Source: an uncultured bacterium (GTDB taxonomy: Bacteria > Oederibacteriota > PGYV01 > CAWJRG01). Taken from it: a DNA stretch of 64,000 nucleotides. Below the pieces are notes generated by a model. That model saw only the letters and a list, made by a program, of their open reading frames with translations. It was not told the origin of the DNA and made no database searches. The stretch covers positions 224,001 through 288,000 of the forward strand of contig CAWJRG010000001.1 in the NCBI GenBank assembly GCA_963845185.1, read 5' to 3'. The position numbers and the translations under genes were made by a program. The stretch's first letter is position 1, and each line of letters begins with the position of its first letter. Shown in pieces: positions 41,428 to 48,890 of this stretch.

Positions 41428-41852
41428 TTATTTTTCGTCCTTTGTCCGGCAAAATACTCCATTTTTACGGACACTAAAAGCAGCCATAAAAATATTAGGG
41501 TAACTAATACTCCCGTAATTCCGTTGAATAATTCCTCTTTAAACATCCTGATTGCATCGGCTGCCCCGTTTAAAACGAAAAAAACCATTGCAGTATATAT
41601 TGCCCACTTTTGCCTTTTTATCATGCCTACTCCAACAACAAATAACGCGGCCGAAAGCGTCAATAAAATCGGTGCTACCATCTGTCCGTAATAGTGTATT
41701 TTTGCGGCCGCACCCTTTCTCAGCTTCCATATTGCGTCAAGTGGTGTCCCTGGAACATATATAGTGAAACTCACGAGCAGACACATTGCTACCGCAAAAA
41801 ATAAAAATACTGTAACAATCAGGCTTTCGTAAGGCATTTTTTGCTTTTCCAT
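41424..41852 (-). CDS. Four-TM membrane protein
   Basis: Hydrophobic segments; ATGA-type coupling to tetR. Confidence 0.65.
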   Translation of the reverse strand: MEKQKMPYESLIVTVFLFFAVAMCLLVSFTIYVPGTPLDAIWKLRKGAAAKIHYYGQMVAPILLTLSAALFVVGVGMIKRQKWAIYTAMVFFVLNGAADAIRMFKEELFNGITGVLVTLIFLWLLLVSVKMEYFAGQRTKNK

Positions 41853-41935
41853 TATTTACCTTTCTCCCCCTTTAACAAAGGGGGCCAGGGGGTTTTTACT
41901 TTTCTACGTTAATTCCAAATCCAAAATCCGTAATC

Positions 41936-42017
41936 AAAAATGACCTACTGGTCATTTTTGTAGATTTATACACAATTGAATTGTATTTGTCAAGCAAATA
42001 ATGACCGCATGGTCATT
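41936..42017 (-). promoter_or_regulatory. Promoter flanked by two palindromic operators (likely TetR sites)
   Basis: AATGACC-N4-GGTCATT at 41939-41956 and 42000-42017; TTGACA(41993-41988)-17-TATAAA(41970-41965). Confidence 0.75.
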
Positions 42018-42084
42018 TTTTTAAAAAAATTATAGTATTTCAATACAAGCCAAGGTCGGAGCACTATAGTCGAAGGAATATAGA

Positions 42085-42831
42085 TTAGTTGGAATTTAAT
42101 ATTTCTTTTAAGCGAGTTTTAACATCTCTTAAATCGACTTTCCTAAATTTTCCTTTATTATTATCAAAAATAAGCACTTTACCTTTTGTTTCTTTTTCCT
42201 TTTTTTTATTGTATATTTTAATATATATAGCCAATATTTTTATACCAAACTCAGGATTTTTTTTACTTGATTTTGTATTTTGATTTACAATTTCACCAAA
42301 CCACTCTTTCAATTTGTTAATAGAATTCTTAGTGTCGCCAGAGTCTTCCGCTCGATGAATATGTATTAAGTGACCACGCTTTTTCGAATGAGATACTTTA
42401 TTATAATCTCTTAAAATATGGTCTCGATTATTTGTGTTTTCAGTCCCAAATTCAATTATATAAGCAGGCTCTACATATCCTTTGGACGATGAATCTATTT
42501 TTAGTTTCTTATTTTTAATCTCTCCTATCGTTCCTTTATCTAAAATAACTATATCACTTCTTTCATAATCTTTTTGGTTGTTACCATATTCTGTGTGTAC
42601 TAACATTGTTTTATATAACCCCTTTGAGGGTTTTCCATTTTTCCAACCAAGATGCAATCCTGTTTTGCTTAAATTGTTTTTATTATCCGGATTGAGAACA
42701 TTAATTTTCATTAATTCGCGTGAAACTAACACATGTATATCGATTTCAGATAAAAAAATTAATGGCTCATTACAAATTTTATTCAAAATATTAATTATTT
42801 TTTCCTCTATTTTTATACATATTTTCTCCAT
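42085..42831 (-). CDS. AT-rich hypothetical protein, possibly nuclease-fold
   Basis: 248-aa ORF with E.D...VHTEY...RSDIVILD...IIEFG spacing. Confidence 0.6.
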   Translation of the reverse strand: MEKICIKIEEKIINILNKICNEPLIFLSEIDIHVLVSRELMKINVLNPDNKNNLSKTGLHLGWKNGKPSKGLYKTMLVHTEYGNNQKDYERSDIVILDKGTIGEIKNKKLKIDSSSKGYVEPAYIIEFGTENTNNRDHILRDYNKVSHSKKRGHLIHIHRAEDSGDTKNSINKLKEWFGEIVNQNTKSSKKNPEFGIKILAIYIKIYNKKKEKETKGKVLIFDNNKGKFRKVDLRDVKTRLKEILNSN

Positions 42832-43027
42832 TTTTCGTCCTTAAATTTTTATCGTTGTTTTTGAAAGCAGAAACATAGTATACTACCTCGTCCCCCCGCG
42901 TTTTTCAGCGATAGTGTCCTCAAACTCAAAAAGAATTGACTACTTGTATCAGTTAATTAATTGTACCAAACGTAAGGGTTTGCATAAAGCAAATTTTTAT
43001 GTATACTTTCATCGAGGAGAGTGACAA

Positions 43028-43360
43028 ATGACTGACAACCAACAGAATAACGGATTGAAGAAACCAAAGTTAACCCCAGAACAACTTTTTGATATTTATC
43101 AGGAATGTTCCTTACCCAACGCGCCAGTAAAAGCCATCCTGGAACGGTGCGGGCTTAAACCGTGGCATCTTATTGCCTTGCGTAAGAGAATCAAGCAAGC
43201 TGCCCTGTCAGAACTATCGAATCCGGCAAAATCCGGCAGAAAGAAGTCCATGGTTCCCGTAGAAAGCCTTGCTCAAGTGGATAAGGAACTTTCTCAAACA
43301 AAGGACGCGCTGGCTGCTGTCGGGCATGAGCTTGCGTTGTTAAAAAAAAAGATGAGTTGA
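43028..43360 (+). CDS. IS3-family OrfA
   Basis: HTH-like N-terminus and coiled coil; ends in LLKKK with an A9G slippery site at 43342-43351. Confidence 0.78.
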   Translation: MTDNQQNNGLKKPKLTPEQLFDIYQECSLPNAPVKAILERCGLKPWHLIALRKRIKQAALSELSNPAKSGRKKSMVPVESLAQVDKELSQTKDALAAVGHELALLKKKMS

Positions 43361-44358
43361 GTCTCAAGGGTCCTTTGAAGGGGCACTATCCGGCCCAAGT
43401 TAGGCAGATAGTTGTTATCACTATAAACGAAGCCGTACTATCCGGTTTCACGCAGAAAAGAGCTTGTTTGATCTTTGACATAGACGCCAGAAAATTCAGA
43501 CGCTGGGCTAAACTAAAAAAGAGAACGCCAAGAACGGCATGTAACAAACTGTTGCCGTTTGAAAAGACATCGATTATTGACTCTGCCTTTAGACCTGAAA
43601 ATATAGGCAAGCCATTGAGCCATATTTACGTATATGGCCATAATTCAGGCGCTTTTCATGCTTCTCTATCGACTGTATACAGGTATCTAAAAGCCGAAGA
43701 TCTCGTAAAACCATTCGAACCCAAAAAACGGAAATCTAATCATGTTTCGGCTCACGATCTTTTGGATGCTGGATTTTCCCTTTTGACCTATGACGGTTCA
43801 TGCTTCAAAACCGAGTCCGGCGTAACTGTTTGGTCCATACCGGTTCTGCTTCTGCCTTACAGGTATCTGCTGCATATCGGACACAGTTTACGCGGCGTCA
43901 GTTCAGCGGATTTACGGGATGCCGTTGCTCAAGCCATACTTGAACTGCCGGATGACTTTCCTGACAACATAGTGGCTTTTTCAGACCGCGGATCTGCTAT
44001 GAAAGCCAAAAAGACTGTTGCCTTCCTGGAAGATGTGCTAAAAATTCCTGTACGCTACGGACGCCCAAACACGCCGGATGACGAACCATGGATTGAGGCC
44101 CTGAATAAAAACTCGAAGTATCACAGGGATGTGCCGGCTGTCTTTCCAACGGTTTCAGATGTACTGGACTGGTTAGAAAAATTTAAACCACTGCATAACA
44201 ACGATCCTCATAGCTCGCTACATTATGTTACACCGGCTGAGGCGTTCGCGGGAAAAATGGAGGTGATTTTAAGCCAGAGAAAGAACAACCTGATCACTGC
44301 AAACATTATAAGGTTGGAGGCTTTCAGGGCTTCCAAGCTTCAAGTAGTGATTGGGTGA
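43357..44358 (+). CDS. IS3-family OrfB, DDE integrase core
   Basis: S.STVYRYL, TYDGS, SDRGSAM, D.PWIEA, HSSL.YVTP; -1 frame relative to orfA. Confidence 0.82.
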   Translation: MSLKGPLKGHYPAQVRQIVVITINEAVLSGFTQKRACLIFDIDARKFRRWAKLKKRTPRTACNKLLPFEKTSIIDSAFRPENIGKPLSHIYVYGHNSGAFHASLSTVYRYLKAEDLVKPFEPKKRKSNHVSAHDLLDAGFSLLTYDGSCFKTESGVTVWSIPVLLLPYRYLLHIGHSLRGVSSADLRDAVAQAILELPDDFPDNIVAFSDRGSAMKAKKTVAFLEDVLKIPVRYGRPNTPDDEPWIEALNKNSKYHRDVPAVFPTVSDVLDWLEKFKPLHNNDPHSSLHYVTPAEAFAGKMEVILSQRKNNLITANIIRLEAFRASKLQVVIG

Positions 44359-44368
44359 CGGTTTGAGG

Positions 44369-45121
44369 TCAATTAAGCTGAAAAACTCCGGTCCAGTTAG
44401 TACTCTCATTTATAATTACCTTTACTAACGTTTCTGATGCATCGTACCATTCCTGTTTAAAATCATTGCCTTTACCGTCATAGAAGGACTTATCCGCCAT
44501 AGTCAACTTTCCTGATGCATCGTAATATTCCCATTTAACATTATTGCCTTTACCATCATAAAAAAACCTACTAATTGCAATCAATTCTCCTGACGCATTG
44601 TACCTTTCACATTTAATTTTGTTATTCTTATCATCATATAAGAATTTATCCGCTTCAGTCAACTCCCCCGATGCATCATACGCATTATCCTTAAAATCAT
44701 TGCCTTTCTTATCATAAAAGTGGTTTATCACATCCGTCAACTCCCCTGATGCATTATATATTTTACCTTTAAGCGGCTTTCCTTTATTATCATAGAAAAC
44801 TTTAGTAATTTCTTTCAATTCTCCCGAAGCATCGTAAAATTTCTCCTTAATCTTGTTGCCTTTACCGTCATAGAAGGACTTAATCGCCATAGTCAACTCT
44901 CCCGATTCATTGTACACTTCACATTTAACTTCATTACCTTTATCATCGTAAAATTGTTTCTCCATACCAATTAACTTACTTTTATCTATCTTTCCAAAGC
45001 TAACACCATACGCTGAAGAAGTTACTACTTGGTTCACATACTTAGCTTCCAAACTCATAAATAAACTCATAAACAAAACTACAAACGACACACAAACAAT
45101 TAATTTTTTGTGAGTAGACAC
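44369..45121 (-). CDS. Exported repeat protein (7 x 26-aa YD/MORN-like repeats)
   Basis: Signal peptide; repeats FYDxKGN...YDASGEL; 5' end lies in the intron, 3' end runs into the IS end. Confidence 0.8.
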   Translation of the reverse strand: MSTHKKLIVCVSFVVLFMSLFMSLEAKYVNQVVTSSAYGVSFGKIDKSKLIGMEKQFYDDKGNEVKCEVYNESGELTMAIKSFYDGKGNKIKEKFYDASGELKEITKVFYDNKGKPLKGKIYNASGELTDVINHFYDKKGNDFKDNAYDASGELTEADKFLYDDKNNKIKCERYNASGELIAISRFFYDGKGNNVKWEYYDASGKLTMADKSFYDGKGNDFKQEWYDASETLVKVIINESTNWTGVFQLN

Positions 45122-45894
45122 CTTTTATAACCTCCTTTGGTTACTTAATGCCCCTCTCAGAACCGAACGTGACCGTTTCGGTCATTCGGCTCCACGGGAA
45201 TACTTCCTAATACGATGACAGCGCATAGGTTAGATGATATACCATTATACTCCGTAATTGCCCAGGGCTTTATCTTTCTTTAGCTCTCCAGGACATTCCA
45301 AAAGAGAACCCTCATTGAGCAGGTGTATATGTGTCTCTTAACTCAACTTTGGATTTTCCTTTGCACGCATAGTCAGGGTCTTAAGTTTCGTTGCCATTCC
45401 ATCTCCACCTCTGTGTGTGGCGGATGTATCCCTTACGACCCCACGCTTTTCCCTCTATCCCCTTTTCTCCATCTACTTTCATAGACTTCATCGATACTAT
45501 GGGATAGTCAGACTGCCGGGACATCTTTTACGGCTCCTCATCTTTTGGAATTTGTCGCCGCATACTCTCCTTTTGAGGATGTCTCGGCTCTCCCGAGTTC
45601 ATATCTGTTCCTTGACATCTTGACACGGCCTTAGACCCCGTCGGGTTCCCACTCTCTCGCCTTTTATGATTGTGGGACTGCTGCCTGCTTCGTTATGAAC
45701 AGTGTCGGCCTCCGACACGATGGCGATTTCGGGGCTCAATACCTTCACTTGCGTTGTATCCCGATGTCTCCCGCCTTCCAGCTTCATTTAGTTCGTTGCC
45801 TCCCTAAATGTGGAATTTGGTATTGGGCTGGTGGCTGACCTTTGCCCAAGCTGGATTTTCACCAGCGCGAACCGATACGCTTTTCTCGGCGCAC
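45110..45894 (-). ncRNA. Group II intron, ORF-less (internally deleted IEP)
   Basis: 5' GUGCG; domain V GAGCCGAAUGACCGAAACGGUCACGUUCGGUUC (45192-45160); domain VI with bulged A ending CUACUCAC. Confidence 0.88.
45245..45397 (-). pseudogene. Remnant N-terminus of group II intron reverse transcriptase
   Basis: MATKLKTLTMRAKENPKLS*ETHIHLLNEGSLLECPGELKKDKALGNYGV* resembles the IEP N-terminus/RT0 (HLL...L.K.KAPGIDGV). Confidence 0.75.
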
Positions 45895-45909
45895 TCATTT
45901 ACGCCTCCC

Positions 45910-45969
45910 TTGATGATGTTTATTTTGTCGAACCGTCAACAGGCGAAAACAAAATATTACAGCACTCAA
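45910..45969 (-). ncRNA. Candidate leader hairpin motif (copy 3, RBS-proximal stem only)
   Basis: AUUUUGU...CGCCUGUUGACGGUU...ACAAAAU followed by AAGGGAGG-N5-AUG. Confidence 0.5.
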
Positions 45970-46015
45970 TTCCAGCAAAACGTTAGTGAAGCTGGATTCA
46001 TCTTATCCATATATA

Positions 46016-46043
46016 ATTATACCCCTTCTTTTCACGCTGTCAA
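46016..46043 (-). promoter_or_regulatory. Consensus sigma70 promoter driving the intron-containing gene
   Basis: TTGACA-16-TATAAT. Confidence 0.7.
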
Positions 46044-46073
46044 TTAATATGCATCTTCTCAGCCCATTTTTCC

Positions 46074-46430
46074 CTATCTTTTCTTCATCCACTTTTCACC
46101 CACTTCACAACCTGCTTGAATATCGCATGCCCTATCTTGCCGAAAAGCGGCTTCGGCACATGGTTCTCCGCCTGCGGTGGAACCCCGCCGACAGGAATCG
46201 GTGGTCCCTTAATAACCACCGGAGGTTACTGGAGCTACCGCTTCCAGTCCAAATAGCTAATATGCGACGTCCGCCGAAGCAGAACTTTCTGCGTAGGCGG
46301 ATAATGAGTTCCCTCCGAAAAGGCCATAGTCCCGAGCGAAGTCGAGCGGATATAATTTCATCACCAACTGGAGTTGGGGGGAATTTCTTTCCGGATTATT
46401 ATATTGTGCACCAGCTCAAAGCCGGGGTTT
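46074..46430 (-). pseudogene. Duplicated 3' end of the ParB-like gene, interrupted by element copy 3
   Basis: GFELVHNII|TQAENHVPKPLFGKIGHAIFKQVVKWVK versus GFELAHNIITQAENHVPKSLLGKIGHAVFKQVVKWVK at 47453-47586. Confidence 0.8.
46177..46395 (-). mobile_element. Non-autonomous multi-hairpin element, copy 3 (219 bp, two internal insertions)
   Basis: Same ends as copies 1 and 2; empty site visible at 47556/47557. Confidence 0.8.
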
Positions 46431-46594
46431 GAAGTACTTACAGTTTCTAGTTTATGATTTCTAGTTTCTAGTGCAGTTGAGCTTTACTTGTCATTACTTA
46501 CCACTTTCCCATTACAACTTACAACGTCCTTTTCCTTTTCTTTGCCTGGAAACTTGAAACTAGAAACTAGAGACTTGCCTGAGATTTCCCCGGC

Positions 46595-46948
46595 TTACCT
46601 GCGCGCGGCGGCCCGTCTGTGTCCCGGGGAATTAACAAGTTCCAGCCTTAAGCTTTTACCAAGGCCATTCGCTATTTTTTTTAAGGTCTGATATTTCGCG
46701 TCGTCAATATTTTCCATCGCGCGTGATAAAACAAAAGGATTTATCCCCGCATTTTTGGCAAGGGCGTATTTGGTCATATGCTTTTTTTTCAGTTCTTTAT
46801 TTACCTTTTCCATGAAATAAAAAAGCTCCATTTCATCGGCATAGGCTTTGCGCCCTTCTTCGCTTTTACCGGCTTCGTCAAAAATCTTTTGAACCTCATC
46901 CTTTGGCGCGATTTTTAAGTCCGCTTCAGTAATTTTGATTTTTTTCAT
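46595..46948 (-). CDS. XRE/HTH antitoxin (HigA-like)
   Basis: MTKYALAKNAGI....LSR...TLKKIANGLG; follows the toxin with overlap. Confidence 0.8.
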   Translation of the reverse strand: MKKIKITEADLKIAPKDEVQKIFDEAGKSEEGRKAYADEMELFYFMEKVNKELKKKHMTKYALAKNAGINPFVLSRAMENIDDAKYQTLKKIANGLGKSLRLELVNSPGHRRAAARR

Positions 46949-47289
46949 GTTGTTTTTCTCCTTTCCAGCATAATGTTTTTTATTATATTCCCTTTCTCAT
47001 ACTCCCGCCTGTTTTTCTTCTTCTGGTTTTTCTCCACAAAAGAATTGACAAACTGCGCGTGATTGCCCGACCAGAAATAAATCAGCCTGTATTCGATATT
47101 GTTAAAGCCCGGCCTCAATTCGTAAAGATTTGTAAAACCCTCGATTTTATCGGAATAAGGCTTTCTGATGTCGTGCCCTTTAATCAGCAGTATGTCTATA
47201 TACGCCTGAATTTTCTTTTTCAAACCGTCCGATAAATCCATAATTTGCTGTTTTACTGTTTCATTCAAACTGTATGTCACGGGCTCCAC
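46945..47289 (-). CDS. RelE/ParE (HigB/Gp49-like) toxin
   Basis: PYSDKIEG..NLYELR...YRLIYF...F.EK; GTG start after AAAGGAG. Confidence 0.8.
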   Translation of the reverse strand: MEPVTYSLNETVKQQIMDLSDGLKKKIQAYIDILLIKGHDIRKPYSDKIEGFTNLYELRPGFNNIEYRLIYFWSGNHAQFVNSFVEKNQKKKNRREYEKGNIIKNIMLERRKTT

Positions 47290-47313
47290 GCGTTCATCTC
47301 CTTTATCAATAAG

Positions 47314-47342
47314 ATTATACACATTTATGTGTACATTATCAA
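47314..47342 (-). promoter_or_regulatory. TA promoter with palindromic operator
   Basis: TTGATA-17-TATAAT; TACACAT-N2-ATGTGTA at 47318-47333. Confidence 0.72.
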
Positions 47343-47388
47343 GCGTTATTTATGATCCTCAATTTCTTTTATTACATATATTTCCATT

Positions 47389-47452
47389 ACGAGCATCCTT
47401 TATGAACATCTCTTACGAACATTTTTATAGAACATTTCTTCGAACATCTTTC
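47389..47452. repeat. Five tandem 12-13-bp degenerate repeats (core GAACAT)
   Basis: acgagcatccttt/atgaacatctctt/acgaacattttt/atagaacatttct/tcgaacatcttt. Confidence 0.65.
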
Positions 47453-48715
47453 CTATCTTTTCTTCATCCACTTTTTCACCCACTTCACGACCTGCTTGAA
47501 CACCGCATGCCCTATTTTGCCTAAAAGCGACTTCGGCACGTGGTTTTCCGCCTGCGTTATAATATTGTGCGCCAGCTCAAAGCCAGAATTCAATTTGGGA
47601 TTTTCAGAGTTTGGAATTTGTGATTCACTTACCATACCCTCACCCTGAACATCTTGAGCTTTTGAACCTTGAACTTTTCCTACCTCTTGCCCCCCTTGAA
47701 CATTGAGCCTTGAACCTTGAACTTCTTTTATGATCGCCGGCAAGTCTGCCCAATACGGGTTATCCTCCAGTTTGCTATCCTTGTGTCCCAGCCACCATAT
47801 TGCTCCTGCTGCGCCAAGCGCTGCCAATACGCCGCTATCCTCGTCCGCTATTATAATATGAACACCACCCTTTGCCGGACTTTTTATCTGAAAATATCCA
47901 GTCTCCCTCATCTCCTGTAACAGCTTGGCATACCGCCCGTCTTGCCCATCGCCCGCCGAATGTTCCCCCTCACCCAGACCCTCTCCCGCAAGGGGCGAGG
48001 GGTGTGTTTTGCCGCCCTCCCCGAAGGATTCCGGTGTATTGCCTGCTTTTATCCATGCAGCTATCTTTTTGGCTTGTTTTTCAGTCATTTTCCGCTCAAT
48101 AAGCACTTTTATGGTCTTTTCCATCTTATCCACGTCATCTGGATAGCCATTCGCAAGCCCAGTAAGGGCAATAACAGCAGATTCAGGTATCTTCCAGCCT
48201 GTGGATAACTCCGGATTCCGGAGTTGTCCACATATTTGCTCCCTTGCCGCTGTATTCAACAGCCCCATTACCTTTGCCACATTCCCTACATATTGAAACC
48301 TTAACTGGAGCCTGTCCGCGACTTCCTGATTGTTGAGATCAGGGCATAAAGCCATGTATTTTTCAATACCCAGGTAGTTGTCAAACCAGTTCGGCGGCTC
48401 CGCTTTATTGCCCATAATCAACTCCAGCATCTCATCCGCCGGGCTGAGGCCCTTCACAACAACCGCCTCTATCTCGGTCCAGCCGTTCTGCTTAGCGCCT
48501 GCGTACCTGTAGTGCCCGCATAGGATGTAATAATTGATTCCCTGACCCAGTAGGCCATCGCCGGCCTTTCTATCGTCAGTCAAAAGCGCCAGCTTGACAG
48601 GGTTCAGCAGCCCGTCCTTATCCATGGACTTCGCGACAGCATCCGTAATGTCCTGCTGCAGGAAGCTCCTCGGGTTGTTTGGATGCGGCTTAATCTCGGA
48701 AATAGGTATCTTCAT
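47453..48715 (-). CDS. ParB/Srx N-terminal domain protein with HTH
   Basis: IKPHPNNPR, GLLNPV, ILCGHYRY.....GW.EI; HTH NQEVADRL. Confidence 0.8.
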   Translation of the reverse strand: MKIPISEIKPHPNNPRSFLQQDITDAVAKSMDKDGLLNPVKLALLTDDRKAGDGLLGQGINYYILCGHYRYAGAKQNGWTEIEAVVVKGLSPADEMLELIMGNKAEPPNWFDNYLGIEKYMALCPDLNNQEVADRLQLRFQYVGNVAKVMGLLNTAAREQICGQLRNPELSTGWKIPESAVIALTGLANGYPDDVDKMEKTIKVLIERKMTEKQAKKIAAWIKAGNTPESFGEGGKTHPSPLAGEGLGEGEHSAGDGQDGRYAKLLQEMRETGYFQIKSPAKGGVHIIIADEDSGVLAALGAAGAIWWLGHKDSKLEDNPYWADLPAIIKEVQGSRLNVQGGQEVGKVQGSKAQDVQGEGMVSESQIPNSENPKLNSGFELAHNIITQAENHVPKSLLGKIGHAVFKQVVKWVKKWMKKR

Positions 48716-48731
48716 ATTATAACCTCCCCTT

Positions 48732-48890
48732 AGATAGCGTTTGTTTTGTCAAGCCGTCAACAGGCGCTGACAAAACACTACGCTATCTTAGTACCCGCTC
48801 CAGTCATGGTTTTACCCTGACAAGCGGTATCAATTTGTTTTGCCAAGCCGATCAAGTCCGAGGCTACTGCCAAGGACAAGCGGCGCTTGA
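48732..48890 (-). ncRNA. Candidate leader motif (copy 2) plus a nested variant
   Basis: Covarying stems relative to 1634-1735; promoter TTGAAC-17-TATAAT at 48948-48920. Confidence 0.55.

Larger units (their letters stand above)
42881..44402 (+). mobile_element. IS3-family element (boundaries approximate)
   Basis: orfA/orfB with a -1 overlap; imperfect IRs sharing TACTA.CT.G.CC...G.GTTTTTCAGC; TAGTA near both ends. Confidence 0.7.

Noticed and set aside
45417..46047. Short ORFs at 45417, 45599 and 45808
   Set aside because: They lie within or across the group II intron RNA domains
45986..46432. 148-aa plus-strand ORF
   Set aside because: Reads across the antisense of a gene fragment and the hairpin element; no RBS or motifs
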